A stretch of 64,000 bases of DNA from Halichondria panicea (lineage: Eukaryota), in assembly GCF_963675165.1 (NCBI RefSeq), contig NC_087384.1:2614315-2678314 (forward strand). Direction: 5' to 3'. Both the position numbers and the translations under genes were made by a program. The notes under the pieces are model-generated. The model saw nothing but the letters and a program-made list of their open reading frames with translations. It had not been told where the DNA came from and did no database searches. This document shows positions 30,775 to 41,118 of the stretch, piece by piece. Position 1 is the first letter of the stretch. Each line of letters starts with the position of its first letter.

Positions 30775-33700
30775 TGCTCTGCACATGCGAGCCACTCGTA
30801 CGTTCACTGACAAGTTGGGAGTGAAGCGTAAGAACGGAGAGGAATGGCTCATCAAGATGGAGGACACAGAAGCACACATCCCAGACGTCTATGAGGAGGT
30901 CAGCTACTCCTGAGACCATAATTATAGTTACATGTATTACGATGCTAGACTGATGCTTACTTTGTATAAAGTATTTTAGCTGAGTGTGGTTTGCAAGTAC
31001 AGTGTGCACGTAACTCTGTATTTTTGACATTCATATGTACACGCATGCATGTACTCTATATGCACTACATTATTGTAAAGTACATGTACTTCTACAAAAA
31101 CCCCTACAATGTATTTATAGTCTGATTTCCCCTCAGGTTGTGGGTGTGGTCAAAATCACCACCCTCAGCAACAGGCAGTACTGTGTGATCGTAGACCCAG
31201 TGGGCCCTGATGGGAAGCCTCAACTCGGACAGAAGAGACTAGTGAAAGGAGAGAAATCTTTTTTCCTGCTGCCTGGGGAACGACTGGAAAAGGGTATTCA
31301 GAATGTGTATGTACTGGGAGAAGATGAAGGACTCATTCTCAAGGCCATCGAAGCTTTCAAAGATACTGACACTGTGAGTGTGTGTATGTAGAAAGTTGTG
31401 CTTGTTCTTTGGTGCACAATTTTACATTTCACAGCCAATCAACTACGTGTATCTCATTGAAAGTTGGTATCTAGAACTTTATCATGATGTATAATGTGAT
31501 AAAATGCATGTGCACGCACTGTTTTTTTTTTTTATCAAAGGCCACGTTTTATTCCTTCCTATAGCTACATCTGTAACTTTATAGAGACATTTTCGAACAT
31601 GTACATGTACAGGGAGCGGACCGAATGCCTGGCGACCGTTGGATGATCCGTGGCCCCCTGGAGTATGTACCCCCTGTGGAAGTGGATGTAGTCACCAAAC
31701 GCAAGGCCATCCCATTGGATGAAAATGAGGGTATCTATGTACGAGACATCAAGACTGGAAAGGTGACTATTGTACATTGCACATTGGGCTACCCACTGTA
31801 CATGTATCCACCAACACAACAAACGTTGTGTGTACATGTACATACTGTATTAGGGACTGCATGCAAGTACGTGCACGGAAATAATTTCCTGTATCATATA
31901 CCGTAACCATATTCTACCGAGATTATACCCAACCCATCTTTTGAGTGAAAGTTCCTGCATAGGCTCAGAGGATCAAGGTACGGCAAGGCCACGTGATCCA
32001 CTTTTTTTATGAGATTTTGGAGCTGTTCTAATGTGTGAAACAATTTGCTCCTGGGTATAATTATATTAGCTAACGATTAAACCCAGAGGTTGTTTTATAT
32101 TGAAATATGACACCGAACTACATGTACATGTACATACTGTTTAGGAGATATTCTCTTTTACCTTTTACACTCGCTCAGCAGCTACAAAACAATGAAAAAT
32201 GTTTCTATCACTTGCCATATCTATCACTTGCCATACAAAAATCACTGGTGTCAGCTGCCAGCTCAGCAAACATTGGGTTATGACATTACTAGCACTGTCA
32301 CATGAGCAGAGATAGGATGTCGTTCCTCCTTTGGCATAGGCTAATTCGCTTCAAGAATACGCCCATCAGAAAGTGGTGCTTACCATGCATTTACCATTGT
32401 TATATTGAGAGCTGGTACGCCTCAGTTTATTAATGAATAGGCGTAATTTCGAAATTAAGCCCATCCCACCTGTAACTGCTGTGTTGCATGCAATTTGTAA
32501 TTTGTGTGAGTGTAATCTCGGTAGGATACGGTATATACATAATTTATGGTTTATTATCATTCTTCTTTGCACAGTTGCAGCTATATAGTCCTCTTATTTG
32601 CACTCCACAGACTATCGGGAGTGCATGAATATGATACTATGTATAGGAGCAAGAGTAATGAACTCTTGGTAGGAGTAACAACATACATGTACTTTCCTGA
32701 ATGACGAATGATTCTCTCTCCTGTGTCCAGGTGCGAGCTATCTGTGGGTCCACGTACATGCTCACCCAGGACGAGGAGCTCTGGGAGAAAGAACTGCCCC
32801 CAGGTGTGGATGAGCTCATCTCGGCCGACAAGGACCCTCTCGCTGACCGCAGTGACAGATGTGAGTATGTGTTTGCAATGCGTGAGAGTGTGGGTAAAAC
32901 GTGTATATACAGTACTGTAGTGTAAAACGATACAGTAGACAGTGCGGTACCGAAACGTTTGTTACGCTTGTTATCGTACTATGGAAACAGTATGAGAACT
33001 ATTATTTTATTGACGTCATTTAAGGGGTGGGGTGGGGTGATGATTGTGTAATAGATGTTCAGGTGTCTGCTCAGCCTATAGAATTTTTATTACGACTTCA
33101 TTTTTATTGTCATTAATTGACCTCTAGCTCGTTCTGGTGCCAACCTGAAGAGAGACAAGACCAAGGTGATCATCTATAGAGTGCCTCATAATGCAGCCGT
33201 CCAGATCTATGACTACAAGCAAAAGAAAGCTCGTGTTGTGTTTGGCCCTGACATGGTCATGTTGAAACCTGATGAGCAGTTCACTCAGCTCAGTCTCTCT
33301 GGAGGCAAACCCAAGAGACCCAACACTATCAAGGCTTTGTGTCTGCTGCTCGGGCCAGACTTCTGCACCGACATCATCACCATAGAGACCTCAGACCACG
33401 CTCGTCTGCAGCTACAGCTCTCTTACAACTGGTAAGCCTAGAGAAAAGCCTAAGAGGTCTCTTTGCAATAATACTTTGTACTATACAATGTACATGTAGC
33501 TACAGTGTACAAGTACGTATATGACATGTACATGTAAATTGTAGTCTTGGAGTGCAAGTTGACATAACTGAATATATAATAATTATGTAGCTAACAGTAC
33601 TGTTCCCACCATGTAGGCACTTCGAGACAGGAAATGGTAAAGAGTCCTCCAAGATCTTCTCTGTGCCTGACTTTGTGGGAGATGCTTGCAAGGCCATCGC

Positions 33701-34353
33701 CTCTCGTATTCGTGGAGCCGTTGCAGGGGTCCAATTTGACGACTTCCACAAGGTACATGTACAGTGCAAATGTATTTTATGTTCACCTACATGCAAGTAC
33801 TGTCAGTAACAGAAATAAATATGGTTCATATACAATGTGGTATAATTATGGTGTGCATTTTGTTTACGTGTATAAAGTCACAATTAATTCAAATGTATGT
33901 GTCTGCAGTTTATTAATGTTGTTTTGTGCATGAGCATTGTAACAACCCTTATCACTTGTGAACAGAACTCTGCCAAAATCATCCGTGCCTCTGTGTTTGG
34001 TCTGGATGAGCGTGGAAAGGTCAAAGGTCGTTTTGTCTTCCCCTCCAACAGCCTAGTCATCACGAGTATTGACATCCAGTCTGTGGAGCCCGTGGATCAG
34101 AGGACAAGGGATGCACTGCAGAAGTCTGTCCAGCTGGCCATTGAGATCACCACCAACTCTCAGGAGGCCACTGCCAGGTATGTACATGTAGAAAAACTGT
34201 TGTGTTTGTGTGCATGTTTGGGAGGGGCGTGTGTGTACCTACTGTATACAATAAAGATTTGTGTGGACCTTGACTGGCGTTACATGTACATGTACATGTA
34301 ACTATAGTTGAGCCTGTGTGTGAAGATTTCATTACCTAAAATTCGTGTACAAT

Positions 34354-34396
<43 letters not shown>

Positions 34397-36017
34397 TACA
34401 TGTAATTAACTTTTGTTGTGATCTTCTCACACCCTTGCAATCCTCTCCACACTTGATTAGACATGAGGCCGAGCGACTGGAGCAGAAGGCCAAGGGTGCT
34501 CTGGAGAGGCAGAAGATCACTGACGAGGCTGAAGCAGAGAAAGCTCGCAAGGAACTGCTAGAGTTGCAGGCTGGCAGTGCTGCCGTGGAGTCCACTGGTC
34601 AAGCCAAGGCCGAGGCTCAATCAAGAGCAGAGGCATCAAAGATCGAAGGAGAAGCTGCTGTGGAGCAGGCCAAACTCAAATCTCAGGCCACCAAGATTGA
34701 AGCTGTAAGAGCTCTGTGACACTTAAAAATTCACAAGATATTATTTGTTTTAAGCTGATCAAGATCATAGTACGTATACAATACGTACTGACATGCACAG
34801 TCATGTAAAACTCGTACTGTACCAAAAGTTCTACCTCCCTCACACATACAGGAATCTGAGCTAGAGCGTCTTACCAGTGCTCGTGAGGCTGAGACAAAGT
34901 ATGTCCGTGAACAGAATGACTTAGAGATCAGCAAGTCCAAAGAGATGGCTGTCATTGAGAGCAAGAAGTTCCAGGAGATGGTGGACGCTATTGGAGCCGA
35001 CACAATTGCAGCCATTGCAACAGCCGGTCCTGAAATGCAGGTGGGTGTGGTCGTCAAAGTCTCTAGACACTTATCTTGAGACCTTTTGTATTGACCTGCA
35101 TGTTGTGATGTATTTACGTGTATCTAACTTAGCCATTATAGATTATACTCAAGTTATGGCTACTTCGAAGGCCATTGCGGTCTCTTCTGACTCGTAGCAA
35201 AATCTCTTGGCTATTCTGCTTGGAACTTAGCTCTGCACCAGAACGCTAGCTATTGGTAGTTGCAAGTAAGAAAACGTCTACAAAGCAAGAACTTGCAGCC
35301 ATATGAAGTTTGAACTTTCGGCATCCTTTTTAACAACAATGGTCATCATTTCACCACTTTTTTATGCATTTGAATGTAGAACGTATATCTTATTTTGTAC
35401 AGTACGTCTGCTAGTATTGGCAGTGCACAGTGTAACTCATGCCGTAAAGCTTTGGTGCCTCTCCACCTCAGCCTGCGGTGCTTTGTTCTTTTAATCTCTG
35501 TGACTGCTGCTATATATTACACCCACTGGAATGAAAAATGTTGCCACCTAAGCTACCTCACCTTGTGGATACAACTAGCTAACAGTCTCAATCAAAAACT
35601 TGTACGTATAGCTTGTAGCCAGTACTAAGCTTCTAGCTCTACGTACTAACTTGTCCATGTCCAAGCAATGAGCCCCACCCATCTGTCTTGCCCTTACCAA
35701 CAAGTGGCTAGCTTTTTTTGGCTGTGTATAGTATAAAGTACACCCTCAAGGCAAGGAGTTTATGAGGAATGCAGAGTTTATGGTAGTTAAACCCCACCCA
35801 GTTGATATGATACAGACCCCATGTGGGTTAGCATAATCCATGATCTCACAGTCATACACTTCCCTCCCCCCATCTTTAGGTGAAGATGCTGCAAGGCCTG
35901 GGTCTCAAGTCCACGCTCATCACTGATGGCTCCAACCCCATCAACCTCTTCAACACGGCCCATGGTCTGTTAGGGGCTCTCGGAGCACCCTCCAGCGGGG
36001 AAGACGTCCCAGAGTGA
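28229..36017 (+). CDS. MVP: Gene span: major vault protein, 14 coding exons, ~852 aa
   Basis: Collinear match to vertebrate MVP from [29 protein letters not shown] to ...[20 protein letters not shown]; all exon junctions in phase. Confidence 0.9.
28598..28711 (+). CDS. MVP: MVP exon 2
   Basis: ORF 28598..28840; [38 protein letters not shown]. Confidence 0.8.
28888..29092 (+). CDS. MVP: MVP exon 3
   Basis: ORF 28888..29118; ...[10 protein letters not shown]. Confidence 0.85.
29161..29929. mobile_element. Non-autonomous DNA transposon/MITE (~770 bp) with perfect ~68-bp terminal inverted repeats, in MVP intron 3
   Basis: 29161-29228 GTGTTACATTAGCCTCGATTCCCGGCCGCTTGAACAAGGCGGCCTGGTATACCTTGTATGCGCATGCG is the exact reverse complement of 29862-29929; no coding capacity. 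Confidence 0.8.
30002..30228 (+). CDS. MVP: MVP exon 4
   Basis: ORF 30025..30291; [39 protein letters not shown]... Confidence 0.85.
30727..30772 (+). repeat. (CA)23 microsatellite that abuts the MVP exon 5 acceptor
   Basis: acacac...acAG|AATGCT. Confidence 0.9.
30773..30898 (+). CDS. MVP: MVP exon 5
   Basis: ORF 30650..30913 frame; [42 protein letters not shown]; the acceptor lies at the 3' end of a (CA)n tract. Confidence 0.8.
31137..31373 (+). CDS. MVP: MVP exon 6
   Basis: ORF 31035..31391 frame; [48 protein letters not shown]... Confidence 0.85.
31613..31762 (+). CDS. MVP: MVP exon 7
   Basis: ORF 31625..31906 frame; [50 protein letters not shown]. Confidence 0.85.
32731..32860 (+). 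CDS. MVP: MVP exon 8
   Basis: ORF 32701..32925 frame; [43 protein letters not shown]. Confidence 0.85.
33128..33431 (+). CDS. MVP: MVP exon 9
   Basis: ORF 33166..33435 frame; ...[29 protein letters not shown]...[12 protein letters not shown]. Confidence 0.85.
33617..33752 (+). CDS. MVP: MVP exon 10
   Basis: [45 protein letters not shown]. Confidence 0.8.
33966..34177 (+). CDS. MVP: MVP exon 11
   Basis: ORF 33897..34301 frame; [70 protein letters not shown]. Confidence 0.85.
34359..34392 (+). repeat. (GT)17 microsatellite in MVP intron 11
   Basis: Direct. Confidence 0.9.
34461..34704 (+). CDS. MVP: MVP exon 12 (coiled-coil cap-helix region)
   Basis: ORF 34345..34719 frame; [46 protein letters not shown]... 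Confidence 0.85.
34852..35040 (+). CDS. MVP: MVP exon 13
   Basis: [63 protein letters not shown]. Confidence 0.8.
35880..36017 (+). CDS. MVP: MVP terminal exon ([48 protein letters not shown] stop)
   Basis: ctttAG acceptor; stop 36015-36017. Confidence 0.8.
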   Translation: MKMLQGLGLKSTLITDGSNPINLFNTAHGLLGALGAPSSGEDVPE

Positions 36018-36666
36018 TTGTCTTAGTTACAGATATTTAGAATGAAACTCCGAGATTGTTAGAAATTTTGTCTAGCACCCAATAGTGAACAAAATTATTT
36101 TGAGCCCTCTAGTATTTTTATTAAAGTGAACATTTAATATGCAGACACAAAATGGGTATAAGCGTGTGGGGCGTAAGTTGAATCATGGTTGAATAGAATT
36201 GTAGTATAATAGTAATAGTAATACAGCAATTTTCAGAGTTCTAGCGTCGGACAGAGGAATTAAGTACATCTGTGTGAGACAAGTTGGTTTTGTCCACTGC
36301 ACTATAGGGTCATACAGTTGAGATATTATACCCACTTGACCTCATCATGCACCCAGAAGTGTCCTTAATTTATTAAGAGATTATACCATACGATACGTTA
36401 CCTCAAATTATGTGTTGATGACTTGGTGAGTAGTAGCGGTCTTTAATTGTATTGGGAACAGATTAATGTTGGAAAATGCGAGTGGACCACATACGTATCA
36501 TCTCTGGTACGTACAAGGCATTTTGTCCTGCACTATTTAATGTTAGAGTTTGTTATAAGAGTTTCCACTGTACCCGTAAAATTATATGATTGTACATGTG
36601 TACCTCATAGTAATGAACAAGATAATCATGCATGCAGTGACATAGAATACAGACAAAGAAACACAT

Positions 36667-37062
36667 TTAAACAGCAGCTAACAATGAACTCAAGTCCCAG
36701 TTCTCAAGGTCAGCTTCACTGAGGGCAGGTTCGTTGCATGGATACAGAACATCATTAAAGTTTGTTTCTGTCAGAAAATCCATTGAGTCACTATCTCCAT
36801 GAAAACCGATCACGTTAGGGCTTGGTATGTTATTGTCTGTGAAAGTGCTTAGTGTTTCAGCAAGTAGAGTGTCACTGTAGTCCAGTGGTAGTGTCACTTC
36901 TTTAGTGGGTTCCAGTTGGAATTGGCTGCACCCCACCATTGAGGGAGTCTCAAGAGCTGTGTGTTGCTGGGAGGATCCATCCTGTCCAACATCAGGAGTT
37001 CGTCCAATTGGGGAAGAACTGGGAAATCCTCCGTCTTGAAGAAATTGAGCCAGTAGCTCATA
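36667..37062 (-). CDS. XBP1: XBP1 exon 3 (C-terminal, acidic transactivation-like region specific to the spliced form; ends ...SEADLENWDLSSLLAAV, TAA stop)
   Basis: ORF 36667..36939; ctttgtAG acceptor anchored by ORF 36894..37100. Confidence 0.75.
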   Translation of the reverse strand, partial: YELLAQFLQDGGFPSSSPIGRTPDVGQDGSSQQHTALETPSMVGCSQFQLEPTKEVTLPLDYSDTLLAETLSTFTDNNIPSPNVIGFHGDSDSMDFLTETNFNDVLYPCNEPALSEADLENWDLSSLLAAV

Positions 37063-38143
37063 CTACAAAGAAAATACAGCACAATTATGAGACACACCAA
37101 CTACAGTAAGTGCGACGTGTATACTTGTTTACTTAACAGGGGAGTTTAAACCCACATGAGTACGAGCCCTTTAGTTATAATTATATGAACGCAACGCACC
37201 AGAGTATGAAACATGCCCTTACCTGAGCATCATCCAGACAGGCAAGAGGTTGGCCCTTGGGAAGTGTTTCTGCTGCAGAGAAACAACACCAGGTGCTGCA
37301 GACCTAAATGGGGTCTCCTTCGGGCTTTCCCTCTTGACAAGTCCTGTGACAATGTCAGTTTGAATGGAGTCGGCTAGACATAGCTCTAGCTGCTTTTTTT
37401 CGGATGTTAGAATCGTAGTTCCTTGTTTGAGGTTTTGGTTTTCGGCTTGTAATTGGCGATTTTGTCGCTCTAGAATGGCCACTTTCTTCTCCAGGTCGTC
37501 AATGTAGCTCTTCTTTCTGTCTCTGGCATTCTGAGCAGCAACTCGATTCATCATTTTCCTACAGAAATAACACAATAAGTAGCAGTGTTTAATATCGGAC
37601 CAAATACCAGCCGTATGGTGGTTATTATTTTCTTATTGTAGAGCATCATCCAAAAATTAAAGCGCAATAATTATAGTTCTATGTCACCAATCTGAGCAGT
37701 GCGAATATGATACGAAAACTGACAACGAAAATTATCCTCTATAAAGGTCATGGCTTACAAATCGAGGGAGGTTATTTTCGAATACTAAACCACAAAGAAA
37801 TAATTATAGTCAAAGAAACCGACCTTTTCTCTCTCTTTTCTTTTTCTGTCAACTCTGTACTTCCAGTTCTCTTTCTTTTCCTAGAGTTTGCATCAGGTGA
37901 TCCAACCTCACTCTCCTCGCTACCGCTCAGTGCTGAGTAGAGACTGTCCTTTGACGGGGAGCATGGTGGACTCTGCTCACTTTGAACAGTAACAATATCT
38001 TGCTTCTGAGGAGACACGACGGCACATGGGACCTTCAAGCTCTTGCTCAACAACTGAAGACCGAGTAGAAGTAGTTTCTTCTTGTCGGGACCGGGAGCCA
38101 TCGGCCTCGGTTGTAGTGTGGCGAGTGGCTTGGCTGTTTCCAT
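36667..38143 (-). CDS. XBP1: Gene span: X-box binding protein 1 (bZIP, IRE1 target), 3 conventional exons plus an unconventional 23-nt intron
   Basis: bZIP signature RKMMNRVAAQNARDRKKSYIDDLEKKVAILERQNRQLQAENQNLK (compare XBP1 RKLKNRVAAQTARDRKK); twin CUG|CAGC sites 23 nt apart. Confidence 0.85.
37223..37558 (-). CDS. XBP1: XBP1 exon 2 (bZIP). The unspliced frame stops at 37219 (XBP1u); after the 23-nt intron is removed the frame continues to the GTAAGG donor at 37222
   Basis: ORF 37219..37575 anchor; ttctgtAG acceptor. Confidence 0.8.
37276..37298 (-). other. XBP1: Unconventional IRE1-type XBP1 intron (23 nt; transcript sense cagcacctggtgttgtttctctg), flanked by tCUG|CAGCa and tCUG|CAGCa
   Basis: Both cleavage sites fit CNG|CNGC. 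Removing the 23 nt shifts the frame by +1, so the bZIP exon reads ...SAAETLPKGQPLACLDDAQ into the conventional donor and the 132-codon C-terminal exon. Confidence 0.8.
37824..38143 (-). CDS. XBP1: XBP1 exon 1 (ATG is the complement of 38141-38143)
   Basis: ORF 37772..38143; ends ...KRKRTGSTELTEKEKREK + ag; GTCGGT donor. Confidence 0.75.
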
Positions 38144-38494
38144 GTCTTTTTAGCACCACTCGAGCGAAAAGTTTTAGATTATCACGTAGCTAGCTATCAC
38201 TTCATCTTTTTTATGATCTTTCCGAATGACACGTACGCCAATGAAACAACTAGAAGATGGAAGATGATGAAACCTGGAACTGCGGTATTATTAGCCATAA
38301 TTAGGTCACAATCAACCATTACATCACTGTGCAAAAGATGTGGGTCAATGTGATTGGCTGGGCTGAATGTGGGTTATGTCCACCCACATTCATTGATAGT
38401 TACTGGTCATTGTGGTCAAACACAAACCACAAGATGATGTCATACAACTAATTAAAATTCCACTAATCCCCAAGCTAGCTAGCAGCTAGACACA
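38144..38494. promoter_or_regulatory. Putative bidirectional promoter between XBP1 (-) and the D-glutamate cyclase-like gene (+)
   Basis: 350 bp between the divergent ATGs; inference only. Confidence 0.3.
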
Positions 38495-38805
38495 ATGTCA
38501 TCCATAATGCAAGTAGATCTACCAGAGGATACTTTTCGACCTTACATTTCACCCAAACGTCCAGATGACTCCTTCAATATGAAGCCGTTAGAAGCAAGAG
38601 CACTGTTCCGAACGAATGACTACACAGGTTTCACCTCTGGTTTCTGCGATGGATACACTCAGTTCAACATCATTATTATTTCTAGTGAATTTGCTGATGA
38701 TTTTGAGACATTTTGCAGCCAAAACTCAGGTGCATTTCCTGTATTATATCGTAGTAAACCAGGTGAAGTTGGAGCCCCTCCTATTGCTGAGGACTCTAAC
38801 GTCAG
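38495..38805 (+). CDS. D-glutamate cyclase-like exon 1 (ATG 38495)
   Basis: ORF 38495..38818; GTATAT donor. Confidence 0.65.
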
Positions 38806-40450
38806 GTATATCATTTAAAAAATACAACAGTCACACATTGTTCAATATACACATGCTTTTTTGTTTTTTTTCTGCAGGACTGATCTCCCTTGTTATACAA
38901 TCCGGAAGAATGGAATCAGAGTAGCTGAAGCTCCAGATTTGAGCCGATTTACACCAGTTTGGGACTACTTAGTGACTTTCTACATTGGATGCAGCACCAC
39001 ATTTGATTTCGCCTTAATAAAGAATGGTGTTGATGTTCCTAATGTCCTTGACATTCCTGGCTATAAAACTAATGTTTGCTGTTCGTCCGTTGGTCCTTTT
39101 CAAGGAGTAAAAATGACGGTTTCAATGCGTACCATAGCAAAACATCAGCTAGAAAAAGCTTTCATGATATCAAATCAATACCCAGACTACCATGGAGCCC
39201 CTATTCACATAGGTGATCCTACTCGAATTGGAATAAGTGGTGTAACTGTACCTGATGGATATGTAGCTACATTTTGGGCTTGTGGAATGACAGTTGAAGA
39301 TGTAATTTTGATAGCAAGTAAGTCTGTTGTTATGTGCTCTCGTCCTATTACTCAGAGCTTAGTGCTGTCACATGATCTCCAGCTTATAAAAGTAGTCACA
39401 TGTCCATGCTTTAAACTAAAGCTAGAGATCATAATTATGATCATTATATAAATACTTTAAATTAGCCAAAATCACGTCTTTTAATGCTGGTGCATTCGGA
39501 TGGACTCTTGGTTACGTTAACCTCGAGACCAGCCCTAGCACACAGATTGAAACACTTAATCTTGGCTAGGTGTGTTAACTCACATAATGTGTTAATGTGA
39601 CGATCATTTTTCATAATTTACAGAACCAGAGCTTGCATTCTCTCATTATCCTGGTGCGATGTTTATTGGTGACATTAAAAGAGAACCAACCAGTTTAGGT
39701 GATGCTGTGAAGATTATTAAACTCAACAAAGCCGGCTGTGAGTACTTTGCTTCTGTTATAAATCAAAACTCAATAGCTGTATTTGAAGGCATTCAGAGAG
39801 CCTTGGGGATAAAGCCTGTCAATGTACAAGTCAATTCATCCCCTCTTTTGGAAGTAACCCTTAAACTATCTCATGCTAACAAGGTGGTATTAGCATACAT
39901 TCCAAAACATTCTTGTCAACATATTGATGTGCTAGGTATAATGGTCTTTTGTCAGGCTTTGCTCATTCTCAGGAAAGGTGTCACTCTTGTGGTCAAAAAA
40001 GCAGATAAAAACCTTTTTGATATTGCTATTCAACACATGGTTGAGACATTCCATGTTGATACTCCCACCATTGTAACAGTATCCCAGAATGTGACCATAG
40101 AAGATAACATTCCTGTGTTTGATTGCCTACTAATGACATCTCAGAATTGCTATGATGCTGTCAAAGGAATACTTGATATTGCTCAAAAAAACTCTCACAC
40201 CAGTGTCATAACACTCAATAACTATCATTGCAAAGCCACTGAAATTGAGCCAGACATAATTGTGACTGAAAACTTAGTGAACAGTGCGTATGCTCTAGCA
40301 GGAGGATTGTATGTCGCCTCTACCTCTCCTTACCACTGGAGATACAAGAACTATTCCATCAATTCACATCAACAACCTCAATTCAGCGTGGATGATTTCA
40401 TACCTACCAATGATCAGGTTAGTGTTTGTTTTAAATTATGTCATGCATAA
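38495..40450 (+). CDS. Gene span: D-glutamate cyclase-like protein (DUF1445/UPF0317 putative hydro-lyase family) with a C-terminal extra domain; at least 3 exons
   Basis: ATFWACGMTVEDV and HIGDPTRIGI motifs typical of DUF1445; exons 38495-38805, 38878-39317, 39624-40417 (or read-through to the stop at 40450); possible small exon 4 at 40464-40607. Confidence 0.6.
38878..39317 (+). CDS. D-glutamate cyclase-like exon 2 (DUF1445 core)
   Basis: ORF 38861..39451 frame; tctgcAG acceptor, GTAAGT donor. Confidence 0.65.
39624..40417 (+). CDS. D-glutamate cyclase-like exon 3 (second, DUF4392-like domain)
   Basis: ORF 39659..40450 frame; tttacAG acceptor; optional GTTAGT donor at 40418. Confidence 0.6.
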
Positions 40451-41118
40451 TTTTGTCTCACAGTCACAATCACTATGGAAGATGATACTGCCAAAAGGAA
40501 GCTCTGGCTCAGAAGAATTACCTAACTTGTGTCCTGTATCTGAACTCCGTAGTCTATTGAACTGTAGTCTATTGAACTGTAGTCTATCAATGTATGCTGA
40601 TTTGTGATATTTTGGGGGGGGGGTACGTTGGTTGGTTATGCTGGCACAGTTTTTGGTGAGAATTATGGTGGGTATACTCATCAATTGGCATGATAATAAA
40701 ATTATGAGACTAAAAGTTAATTTTAGTGCAGAGTCATTAAGTATAATTATGATCACAAATAAGACTTATAAGGGTATGGAGTGGGTGGTTGTGGGTTTTT
40801 TTATACATTTTCACAAAAAGAGACCCGCTTGTTAGGGGGCCACTAAAAGAGAAATACCGGAAGTGAAATTAAATAATGGGCGTGGCAATAGGAGTGGCGC
40901 AGCGGGGTCTAATTTGCTAGCGGGTTCTGTACCAAATAAATAATGCAGCCATCAACAGCCAGAGCCACAGCACTGCAGTGTGTGTACTTTGTCTATGCAA
41001 GTGAGTGCCAACACTGCTGCTGCTGATATCACACCAAGTGTCTAGATATGGATGACAAAAATATGAGAGTCTTTCAAAGTCTGACCGAGCCTGCATGGTG
41101 CTGTAATCACTGAACTGA

